This document shows positions 53,216-64,000 of a stretch of 64,000 bases of DNA, piece by piece; position 1 is the stretch's first letter, and every line of letters begins with the position of its first letter. The DNA is from Octopus bimaculoides. Taxonomy: Eukaryota. The stretch covers positions 180,773,047 through 180,837,046 of the forward strand of contig NC_068981.1 of the NCBI RefSeq assembly GCF_001194135.2, in the 5' to 3' direction. The notes under the pieces are model-generated. The model saw only the letters and a list, made by a program, of their open reading frames with translations. It had not been told where the DNA came from and searched no databases. Made by a program: the position numbers and the translations under genes.

Positions 53216-54409
53216 CTAGAAAATGTAGAACATAAAGGGAAATTTGGTTAAGAATTTGAGAGGAAATATTTTAAACCAGAGTACAATGGTGAAAATAAAG
53301 ACTGAAAGCTTACATGGTCTTTGTTTCAATTAATTTTGAAATTAATGATGAATTTATTAAATTAACTTTATCATAATGAAGCTGGTGCTTGGAACATAAT
53401 TTAGTATTTTTAATTTCAATCACTTTAAAATAGGAAGTTTATATCATGGAACCAGAAGCAGTCTCAGGTGGGTTAGAATCAAAAGGGTTAATAAAATAAG
53501 TACCAGTAATATACTTGTGATAACAATTCATTTCCACATCATTTTTGCAAAAAATAAAACAACAATGCAGTGCTATTTAAAATAAAAACAATAAAATAAT
53601 GTTGCCCAATGTTGACAGTCAAAGAGAATCACAGTAATTTTTAATAAGGTAGTCAGAGATGAAGCAAGTTTCATAGACTGGGAGAGTGGTGTACAAGCTT
53701 AATGATATGGTATACAGTGCTCAGGTGCACTACAACTTGTTGGAAAATAGTAAAAGAAGGGACAGAAATTAGCAATAAGTCAAGTAAAGAACAACAGCAA
53801 TGACAGACAAAGTATATGCATCCTACACAAGAAAACAAACATGAACAGTAAAGAAACTGTAAGAAGGAAAGGGTGCATAGGTACCAACACAGGTGCCTTA
53901 TACATGGTACTTTTTACATGGCACCAGCATGGGTGCTGACTCTGGTATGGGTGTTTTTTATGTGGCACCAGAACAGGTGCTCTTGAAATAGCACCAGAAC
54001 ACGTGCTCTTTACATGGCACCAACACTTTTTATGTGGCACCAAAATGATTACTTTCTATGTGGTACCAGCACTTTTTACATGACATCAAAATGTGTGCTT
54101 TTTATGTGGCACCAGCAGCCTACAAGTCAAAGGAGAAGGATATAAACCGAAATGTAAGGGAGACACTGTAAGGTGGTGAGTGTCCTGCAACTGGTATGGG
54201 TGCTTTTTAAGTGACACCAGAACATGTGCTTTTACATGGCACCAGCAGCCTGCAGCCAACACCAAGGACAAGAATACAAAACCAAAATGCAAGAGAAACA
54301 CTGTAAGGTGGTAAGTGTCATCAGCATTATGCAAAAACTATAACAATGGAAGAAAAGAAAAATGGTAAATCAGCTCCAACCAGATAAAATGCATTATGAC
54401 TTCACTTAC

Positions 54410-54623
54410 CATTAAAGCCAGGTTTACATTCACAGGTAAAGTTGTTGATTCTGTCTTTACATATAGTATTATTCCATGGACAGGAACTTGCTGAACAATC
54501 AAAGATGTTAGTTTCACACTTGTCACCTGTAAAACCTTTAATACATGCACACGTATATTTATTTACTGAATCAGTACAAGTACCACCATTTTGACAGGGC
54601 CCTGAAAGGCATTCATTGATCTC
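54410..54623 (-). CDS. crb: crumbs-type exon 4; two EGF (EINECLSGPC...; NIFDCSASSCPWNNTIC...)
   Basis: Manual translation; long polypyrimidine tract plus TAG acceptor, GTAAGT donor; 214 nt, phase 0-1. Confidence 0.9.
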
Positions 54624-55422
54624 CTAAAAAGAAAGAAACAAAGTATCCAGAAGTTAGAGAAACTATCAGCTTCATGTTTTTTATCTTTTAAACAAATGAA
54701 ATAAATCTCCTAAAAAACAATCAGTTGTGTAAAAAAAAAAAAGAAAAAAAGATAAAGACCCTTCCCTATAAACTAGCCACCACCAACCAATCATGTTAAT
54801 CATATAACAATATAGATTATCAATATTGCCATATATATATATATATCATCATCATCGTTTAACGTCCGCTTTCCATGCTAGCATGGGTTGGACGATTTGA
54901 CTGAGGACTGGTGAAACCAGATGGCTACACCACGCTCCAATCTGATTTGGCAGAGTTTCTACAGCTGGATGCCCTTCCTAATGCCAACCACTCCGAGGGT
55001 GTAGTGGGTGCTTTTACATGCCACCGACACGAAGGCCAGGGTGCCAAGTTTACAATCTTGTAAATAATAATAATGGTATTTTTATATAAGCTTAAAGCTT
55101 ATGGTGATCACTGCGCAATGACTAAGGAAAACATGGACATGATAATACTTCCAATCAGAAGTCATGAGAACCATTGCCTGGTTTATTTAGGGCATTTATT
55201 ATTATTATTTTATAGTGGTGCCATACAAAAAGCACTCAGTCCACTCTAAGGTGGTTGGTGTTAGAAGGGCATCCAGCCAAAAAATCCTAGCCAAAACAGA
55301 CAGTTTGCAGTCTTCTACCAAGCCAGCCCTGCCACATTGAAACTTTATGGTCATTTATTTTTATCTACCAACACAAACTACAATAAATGACTGCTAACAT
55401 GGATGTATTTTATGAATAACTA

Positions 55423-55526
55423 AAAATTTAAAATGAAAAAGAACAAGTTAAAATTTAAAATGAAAAAGAACAAGTTAAAATTTAAAATGAAAAAGAACAA
55501 GTTAAAATTTAAAATGAAAAAGAACA
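55423..55526. repeat. 27-bp tandem repeat (AAAATTTAAAATGAAAAAGAACAAGTT)n running into gap 55527-55802
   Basis: About four perfect copies before the gap, partial unit after it. Confidence 0.9.
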
Positions 55527-55850
55527 NNNNNNNNNNNNNNNNNNNNNNNNNNNNNNNNNNNNNNNNNNNNNNNNNNNNNNNNNNNNNNNNNNNNNNNNNN
55601 NNNNNNNNNNNNNNNNNNNNNNNNNNNNNNNNNNNNNNNNNNNNNNNNNNNNNNNNNNNNNNNNNNNNNNNNNNNNNNNNNNNNNNNNNNNNNNNNNNNN
55701 NNNNNNNNNNNNNNNNNNNNNNNNNNNNNNNNNNNNNNNNNNNNNNNNNNNNNNNNNNNNNNNNNNNNNNNNNNNNNNNNNNNNNNNNNNNNNNNNNNNN
55801 NNAAAAAAAAAATTTTTAATTTAAAATGAAAAAAAAAAATTAATACTGGC

Positions 55851-55990
55851 CTCACACATGGGCCCAGCATATCCTTCTTCACATTGACAAGTATAAGAGC
55901 CAAAAGTATCTACACATTTGGATCCATTACAAGGTCTAACTAATTCCTTGCACTCATCTACATTTTCAGAGCAGGTCTGACCTTTGTAGC
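55851..55990 (-). CDS. crb: crumbs-type exon 3; EGF (YKGQTCSENVDECKELVRPC...GPMCE)
   Basis: Within ORF 55821-56120; TTTTAG acceptor; 3' boundary placed at a GC donor (GAG|GCCAGT) because the next exon starts in phase 0. Confidence 0.8.
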
Positions 55991-56144
55991 CTAAAACAGA
56001 AGATGCAAACACATCAGCTTTTCTGAACAATAAATATAACAAAGCAGGCTGAAATACTGAGACAAATGTTCTACTGCTAGATCCCCTTCCTGTCACCAAC
56101 CCTCGCCAGTTTCCAAGCAAAGTAATAATACTTTCCCCACCACC

Positions 56145-56176
<32 letters not shown>

Positions 56177-57730
56177 CAACTAGACACGTTTTCAGATACT
56201 CTCCATCCTGGTTTCCTTTTCCTTTACTTTTTTTAAAGACTTTTCCAGTCTTTACTTCCCGTGAATATTCTAAGAACTGTTCTTGCAGTTTTGGTTACTT
56301 TCTCTGATGAGTTGTAGTGCACCTGAACACTGTATACAAGTTCATTATTATTATTATTAGAAATGACTGACACTGCCATTCATTTACAGTTGTTTTCATG
56401 TCTTATCTTTTACCTGTTTCAGTTGTTGAACCGTGGCCATGCTGGGGCACTGCCTTGAATAGTTTAGTGAATCAAATGAACCTTTGTACATATATTATTT
56501 AAATATTATTACTAATTGTATTAGTCTCTTTGGCCAAACCACTAAGTTCTGAGGATATAAGCAAACCAAACCAATGCTAGTTGTCAAGCAGTGTCGGGTG
56601 ACAAACACTGATACAAAGAAACACACACACACACACACACACACACAGAGGCTTCCACACAATCTCTCTCAGCCAACTTAAATTACATGGCACTGATCAG
56701 CCTGGGGTCATAGTAAAAGACACTTGCCCAAGATTCTGCATGTTGGAACTGAACCCAAAACCATGTGGTTGCAAACAAACTTCTTAACAAGGCCAGGCTT
56801 GTAACCTTTTATGCATACACGTACATACGCCTCTATGTACAAAAGGTGTAGGTATACATACATAAGTATGTATATATGCATGTACATATATATGTATGTA
56901 TGTATGTACATATGTATGTACATATATAAGTATGTATGTACATCATCATCATCAGTTTGGCTGGGGACTGGCAAGCCAGGAGGCCACACCAGGCTCCAAT
57001 CTGATCTGGCAATGTTTCTACAACTGGATACCCTTCCTAACGCCAACCACTACATATATGTACATTTATATGTATGTATGAATGTATGTGCATACATATA
57101 TATGTATACCTATGCTGAATTGATTGATATGGCAAAGCAACAGATTGTTTTCTTCTATATAGACCATTTTCATTATTGGTTTACATGTTTTTCCATGCAT
57201 ATAGGGGTTAGATGGGGGGTTTTTTTGAAGTAGCATTTTACTATCAAAAATAGCGTTCCTGTATTTAATCCTTTTAGAGCACACAGGGACATCATGTACT
57301 TATGCACACTAATATTTACAGATCAATATCTTTAGTACAAAACAAATGGCTGCATGGTAAGAAGTTTGCTCTCCACCTGCATGATTCCAGTTTCAGTCCC
57401 ACTGCATGACACCTTTAGTAAGTGTGTTCTACTATAGCCCCAATCCAACTAAAGCCTTGTGAGTGGATTTGGTAGATGGAAACTGAAAGTAGCTTGTTAT
57501 GTGTGTGTGTGTGTGTCACCACCACTTGACAACTGGTGTTGGTGTGTTTATGTCCCCATAACTTAGTTACAAAAGAGGCCAATAGAATAATCATCAGGCT
57601 TAAAAAACAAAAAAATAGGTAATGGGGTCAATTCATTCAACTAAAATCCTTCAAGGTGGTACCCCAGCATGACCACAGTCTAATGACTGAAATAATTAAA
57701 ACAAGATTTTTAAAAAATGAAATAAGTATA

Positions 57731-58133
57731 GGCATAGGAGTGGCTGTGTGGTAAATAGCTTGCTTACGAACCACATGGTTCCAGGTTCAGTCCCACTGCG
57801 TGGCACCTTGGACAAGTGTCTTCTACTATAGCCTCGGGCCAACCAAAGCCTTGTGAGTAGATTTGGTAGAAGGAAACTGAAAGAAGCCTGTCGTATATAT
57901 GTATATATATATGTGTGTGTGTGTGTGTTTGTGTGTCTGTGTTTGTCCCCCCAACATCGCTTGACAACCGATGGTGGTGTGTTTACGTTCCCGTAACTTA
58001 GTGGTTCGGCAAAAGAGACCGATAGAATAAGTACTAGGCTTCCAAAGAATAAGTCCTGGGGTCGATTTGCTCGACTAAAGGCGGTGCTCCAGCATGGCCA
58101 CAGTCAAATAACTGAAATAATTAAAAGAGTAAG
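57731..58133 (+). mobile_element. full-length copy of the dominant tRNA-derived SINE
   Basis: Head GGAGTGGCTGTGTGG..GGTTCAGTCCCACTG, internal (TA)/(TG) microsatellite, tail GACTGAAA..AAAAGAGT; many partial copies across the window. Confidence 0.85.
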
Positions 58134-58761
58134 TTACCATAATTGACAACTTAGAATACATGCTTTTTTTAACCCTAAAAATGTCTTAAACCACCAGTGA
58201 AGTAGGCCCAACATTACATGTTTTAATACCCTAAACACTTTTTTTCCTAGAAAGTGTGTTAAAATTGTGGTGCATTTAATATGCAAATGCATCTTTTATG
58301 CCACCAGATACAGTAGATTGTATCAAAATTTAGTGAAAACCAAAAACTAGTTCACAAATTAAATATTACATCCATTATTATTACATAGCAAGACAGATTC
58401 AAAGATTTACTGCTGCTGTTGTAACTAACATCCTGTAAGAAATTTTCCTGTAAAAAGAGCAAACTAATTTCATTGAAACTTTATAGAAATCTTTGACTGA
58501 TAACTTTTACTTACGGACTGGTTTAACCCTTTCACTTCAAATAACATTTATTCCCTGCAACTCCCAAACTCCAGACAGATTATGAAATATCTCTTTATCC
58601 CCTTCCCTCTCGTATGTACGTATGTTGCTTTATGTTGAACACACAAGAAGGAAGAATCATGGTGGCATAAAACTCAACTTCAGTTTCAATGAAAACTATA
58701 TATACATACATATATATATATATATACACTCACATACACATATATGAATGTGTATGCATAC

Positions 58762-58800
<39 letters not shown>

Positions 58801-59882
58801 TATATATATATATATACATATATACACACAAGCATACACATACACACATACACATATGTATGTGTGTCTAAGTCTGAAAAATGGATGAAAGACAAAAGAG
58901 ATTTGATAAAATGACATCATGCATTGACATTTTGTAAAGCACAACACCCACAGAAGACCACACCTTTCCTCTGTTTGTTCAGTAATTCAGAATAAATGAG
59001 TCATGGATAATTTTCTAAGAATTACATGTTTAAAAGTGATGCTTTTCAGAAATTTGGATTCAAAAGAAATTTATCTAAATAAAGCATTTTTTTGTTTTAA
59101 ATATTACAAAATGTTTTGATGAAGCCAAAATAGATATTTGGCTCATTTTGAGAAAAGCACACATTTTAAATTTTTTTGTGAAATGCTACAACAAAGTAAA
59201 CCAAACTAAAATTTTAAAAGTTGGAGTTTTTTTAATTTTTTTGCTCAACCTATTTCATGGTGAAAATACAACCTGTAACTGGTTGGGATCACAGCCAATT
59301 GCGATCAAAATAATATAGGGTACAAATGGGGTTTCTGTAATTAATAAGTAGCTTAAAGAGATGAAAATACATCACATCATCATTTAGCTTCTGTAGCCCA
59401 TACTGGCATGGGTTGGATGGTTTGACAAGATCTGCTGGGCCCAAGGAGAGCATCATATTTTGTTGTCTGCATTGAATGCCCTTCCTAATGCCAACTAATT
59501 TACAGAGCACACTGGGTGCTTTTTCATGTCACCAGCACTAGTGAGGATATTAAGTAATTTGCAAGGCAAAACCCCTTGACTGAAAGGTGAATAGTGCCCG
59601 GTGTAAGAGTATGATAGAAAGACAGGAATAGGTGGGTTTTCTGTAGAGAAGATACTTGGCTAGGAAAAGAGAAAAGATGATGGGAGTGATGAGGTGTCAG
59701 GACATCACCTCAAGTTACAAAAGAGTGAATGTGAAGGGGAAGAATTCAAAGTGAATTCTAATGAAAGAGAGCATTTAGTAAAGGTAGATTCTCTCATAAA
59801 TAAATCTATCAAAATTTAAATGGAAAAGTGAAAGCATTAATGAACAGAATAAAAGTATTTATAAAAGCAGAGAAGTCCTTAC

Positions 59883-59996
59883 CTGTACCAGTGCAATTAC
59901 ATGTGAAACTGTTGATCCCATCAATGCAATTGCCATAGGTACATGGCTTTGTTTCACACTCATTAATGTTGAGATTACAATACATTCCAGTAAAAC
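59883..59996 (-). CDS. crb: crumbs-type exon 2; Ca-binding EGF ([18 protein letters not shown]...CNCTGT)
   Basis: Within ORF 59809-60051; CTAG acceptor, GTAAGG donor; 114 nt, phase 1-1. Confidence 0.9.
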
Positions 59997-60221
59997 CTAG
60001 GAGATAAAATGAAACGCTGTTTAAACAAAAGACTAAGCTGATGTAGCCCAAAACTGCATTGAGAACTCAAAAATTCTTTCCTCCATTTATGAAACTGTGA
60101 TCTGTCTATAATGGAAAATATAACATCAGCACATCACGTTTAAGTAACATTGAAGTTTATGGCATAAATACTCGTAATAACTAGGTTTTATGTGTGTGTG
60201 TGAGTGAGAGAGAGAGAGAGA

Positions 60222-60271
<50 letters not shown>

Positions 60272-60604
60272 AATAACTGAAATTCAGTTTGAGCACCAAG
60301 TCAGTCTGGTATTATCCGCACAGCTCAAAGTAAGGTGAATAAAATCAAAACAGGATATCAAGTAATACAGTACGACCATTTCAAGCAGCTTAATTTAATT
60401 TATATATATATATATATCATCTTCATCACCATTTAAAGTCCACTCTCCATGCTGGCATGAGTTAGACAGTTTGACTAGAGCTGATAAGCCAGAGGGTTGC
60501 ACCAGGTTCCAGTCTGATTTGACATGGTTTTTACAGCTAGATGCCCTACCTAATGCCAACCATTCCAGGAGTGTAATGGGTGCTTTTACGTGCCACACAT
60601 ATAT

Positions 60605-60638
<34 letters not shown>

Positions 60639-63600
60639 CTTTTATAGTTTATTTGTTTCAGTCATTTGACTGCAGCAAAGCTGGGGCATTACCTTGAAGG
60701 GTTTTAGTTGAACAAATCAGTCCCAGCACTTTTTTTAAAGCTTGGTGCTTGTTTTATCATTCACTTTTGCTGGCTATGGGGACACAAGCACGCACCAACA
60801 CTGGTTGTCAAGTGGTGGTGGGGAACAAACAGGTGCAATAACACACGCACACAGATATATACATACATATATGATGGGCTGCTTTCAGTTTCCATCTACG
60901 AAATCCACTCACAAGACACTTGCCCAAGGTACTACACAGTAGGACTGAACCCGGAACCATGTGGTTGGGAAGCAAGCTTCTTACCACACAGCTGGAATCA
61001 CCTGTCGTAGATGACATTTGAAGGTTCTGCAGTTTCAGATCCAGCCTCTCACACCTACCCAACAATGTCATTCCAAAAATAAACAATTACATCATTGAAA
61101 TCTTGCAACTACAAAATATGTACACTTAGTTCAAAACTATGAGAATAAATAAGTATTATATATGACAGATTAATCTGAATGCTAAGGGGTTAATGTTTCT
61201 TTTGTTCTCTCCCTCCCTCCCCCCTCTCTTTCTCTCTCTCTCTCTCAACATATTTNNNNNNNNNNNNNNNNNNNNNNNNNNNNNNNNNNNNNNNNNNNNN
61301 NNNNNNNNNNNNNNNNNNNNNNNNNNNNNNNNNNNNNNNNNNNNNNNNNNNNNNNNNNNNNNNNNNNNNNNNNNNNNNNNNNNNNNNNNNNNNNNNNNNN
61401 NNNNNNNNNNNNNNNNNNNNNNNNNNNNNNNNNNNNNNNNNNNNNNNNNNNNNNNNNNNNNNNNNNNNNNNNNNNNNNNNNNNNNNNNNNNNNNNNNNNN
61501 NNNNNNNNNNNNNNNNNNNNNNNNNNNNNNNNNNNNNNNNNNNNNNNNNNNNNNNNNNNNNNNNNNNNNNNNNNNNNNNNNNNNNNNNNNNNNNNNNNNN
61601 NNNNNNNNNNNNNNNNNNNNNNNNNNNNNNNNNNNNNNNNNNNNNNNNNNNNNNNNNNNNNNNNNNNNNNNNNNNNNNNNNNAAATGAAAAGCATTTATG
61701 ACAGTTGCATTCAATTAATAAATTGTAATCTTTCTCTCTCTCTCTGTCTCTTATCTCTCATGCCCTCCATCTGTATATTTCTGCGCATAGATGCATTTGT
61801 GTTTGCTTCCAGTACCAAAAAACTACCATTACCAAAACAGACTGACTCTCCAGTCAACCATGCCAAATCATCAGCAGCCAAACAACCGTGCCCAATTGTC
61901 TCATTCTGTACTGGCAGTGTTCACCAAACAATCATACTTGGAAGAAGGAGACACATTGTGTAGGACTGACGTGGGGCACTGAATACCTCAGTGCTGACCC
62001 TAGGTGTAACAGTACCACCTAGCCCCTGGCCATTTTGTTGCAAGAAGTAGGGTCATGTTCCCAGTTTTAGATTAACTTACTACCCAGAGACCCTGGAAAA
62101 GGATCATGGATTCTGCCTTGCCTTTTCTGATAACTATATTTAAAAAGATTTTAACTGATGGTTCAATACTTTGTATATAAACATCTAACAGTGCATTGCA
62201 GTAATAGCTATGTCACTTAACAATTACTAGTTCTGACTTCCTTGCTTATAAATAGGTACCATGTAAAAGTACATAGCTACTACAATAGAAATTACACTAC
62301 AACTTACGTGTTTTATTAGCTTGCAGTTCTAGACTCAAATTATTCCATGAGTCACCAAATAGGAAACGGACACCACAAGTTATAGAAACACATAAGACCA
62401 GTTTATTTCCGATTCCTTCAGCATTAAACAGGTGGACACTTACATGACCTTGGGAGTGGGAGGGTGAAATATATACAAGCTATGTTATTGGTTTTACTAT
62501 TTGCTGGTAGACTTTCTAGCATGATTTTTTTTTTTTAATTTTTCATTAGCTTAGTCTGAAGGAAAGTAATGTATCCTAGGCCCTAGCAGACTCTCTAGGC
62601 CAAGTAAGACTGATGTGGTTAATATTCTTCTTGTAAAGCTGTAAGTTGAATCCACAGGAAAAATATAAGTGCTGGGAGCAAATTTCAGAAGGATGATATC
62701 TAGGAGAGGAAGGACTTAGCATAGTGGTTAATGAGAAGCTGGGGTGTGTGTGGGGGGGGGGACCATCTGGCTGACAAGAGAAGGAGAGATTAGTGAATCA
62801 GGAAAACCTGAATGGAGAAGGTATGAGACCAACCAGCTCTGAAGAAGAGAGGCCACAACAGTGGTATCAGAAAAGAGAGAGAGAGAGAGAGAGAGAGAAG
62901 ATCGCTTCAAGAGGTCCATGTGTATTAGTGATCAAATTCATATGAATCAATCAGATAACCTTTCCATAGATATGGTTTTGGATGTCTGTGAGTCTAGTAG
63001 CAGCACCATCACAGTCATGGAAGCATTAACTTCATTGTCAGTTTCATTTATCTTCGATAATTAATTATTAAATTGTTGAAGTATTTTCCTGCCTGAAGAG
63101 GAGCACTAGTCTTTGGAGCAGTCATCATATCAGGTTACAATTAACGCTGGTCAGGATGCTCATAGCTGTGTACACAGGTAGTTGAAGAACATCATAGAAG
63201 AAAGCTAATATTTATCCCCACTTAAAAATGGATATTGTTTTAGAACACACAATACTGCAATAGTTACCACGAGAGAATCTCATGTGGGCTTTTGGTGCAT
63301 ATAAACTCTTGTTTATATTGTAGTAACGCCGGGAGATAAATCACCCACCATCATCATGACTGAGACTACCAGATCACATGTTTTCGGTCTTCCCTTGCCT
63401 TGTCAATGGTAGATGCCTAACCGCTGCTAGCAATACACATAGAGCCACAGTGCCTAATCAGACACTGGTGTTGCTAATAGCCAGACATTTTCAACTGTTG
63501 CTTACCTTACACATATAACTTGTATATAAGTAATGTTTACCAGACCAATATTAAACAAGTTCATCTATTACATCCTGGAGTAGTAAACGTAATCAGTTAC

Positions 63601-63920
63601 CCGATTTAACAAGAGCAGCCGCAACAGCAACAACACTGCCGTCACCACCACCACCACCACCAGCAAGCTCCTCAAAGCATTTAATGGAGTCCAGTGTTAC
63701 AAGCATTTCAACCATGTTTCCAGTTTGAGGATCAGCTATGAATAAGTTATAATTAATTCCTTCCTTACCCCCACCCAGCCATCCTCCGTTACCACGAGTC
63801 TTGAAGATCTGGAAATAAAGTTATGGATGTTTGTCCTTTTGTTGCTGACTTGGGAATAAGAAATAAAAATTTAAAACCTTTATTTTTGAAATTTATAATG
63901 TAAGAGAGAATGAAACTTAC

Positions 63921-64000
63921 CAGGCAGACAATTACATACAAATGAATTAGTTGTGTTGACACAAGTACCATTATTAAGACATGGCATCAAGGCACATTTT
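63921..64000 (-). CDS. crb: crumbs-type exon 1 in window (partial, runs off right edge); EGF repeat KCALMPCLNNGTCVNTTNSFVCNCLP(G)
   Basis: Six-Cys EGF spacing in manual translation; GTAAGT donor at 63920-63915, phase 1. Confidence 0.85.

Noticed and set aside
55841-55847. GT donor (GCCA|GTATTA) for exon 3
   Set aside because: It gives phase 1, incompatible with the phase-0 start of exon 4
57731-57810. tRNA genes at SINE heads (also 50910-50984 and 27600-27684)
   Set aside because: A/B-box-like motifs but no intact cloverleaf, and they continue into SINE bodies
63078-63115. CTGAAGA motif as another hammerhead
   Set aside because: No downstream GAAA core and no helix I pairing
18207-64000. 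Notch, fibropellin, EYS or agrin identity for the EGF gene
   Set aside because: The EGF array followed by LamG-EGF-LamG-2EGF-LamG-EGFs, plus the FSY..ASGY insertion, matches Crumbs; no LNR, ankyrin, CUB or Kazal domains seen

Overview
AT-rich eukaryotic genomic DNA, dense in microsatellites, SINEs and LINE remnants, with seven N-gaps. The repeat families look like octopus/coleoid cephalopod DNA (inferred from recalled repeat families, not tested). The main feature is a minus-strand crumbs-type gene entering from the right edge. I traced 18 coding exons by hand from 64000 down to 18207 (4933 nt, about 1644 codons): 22 EGF repeats, LamG1, EGF, LamG2, 2 EGF, LamG3, 3 EGF. All junctions are phase-compatible provided one intron uses a GC donor. 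No transmembrane or ERLI-tail exon is visible in the remaining 18 kb. That interval instead holds short plus-strand exon candidates that form two phase-compatible trios of an unidentified protein-coding gene (core 4488-17226), convergent with or nested in crumbs. The introns carry tRNA-derived SINEs, 3' ends of an RTE LINE, rearranged mariner relics, pogo/hAT/piggyBac-like MITEs, long palindromes and Penelope-like ends with hammerhead-ribozyme motifs.
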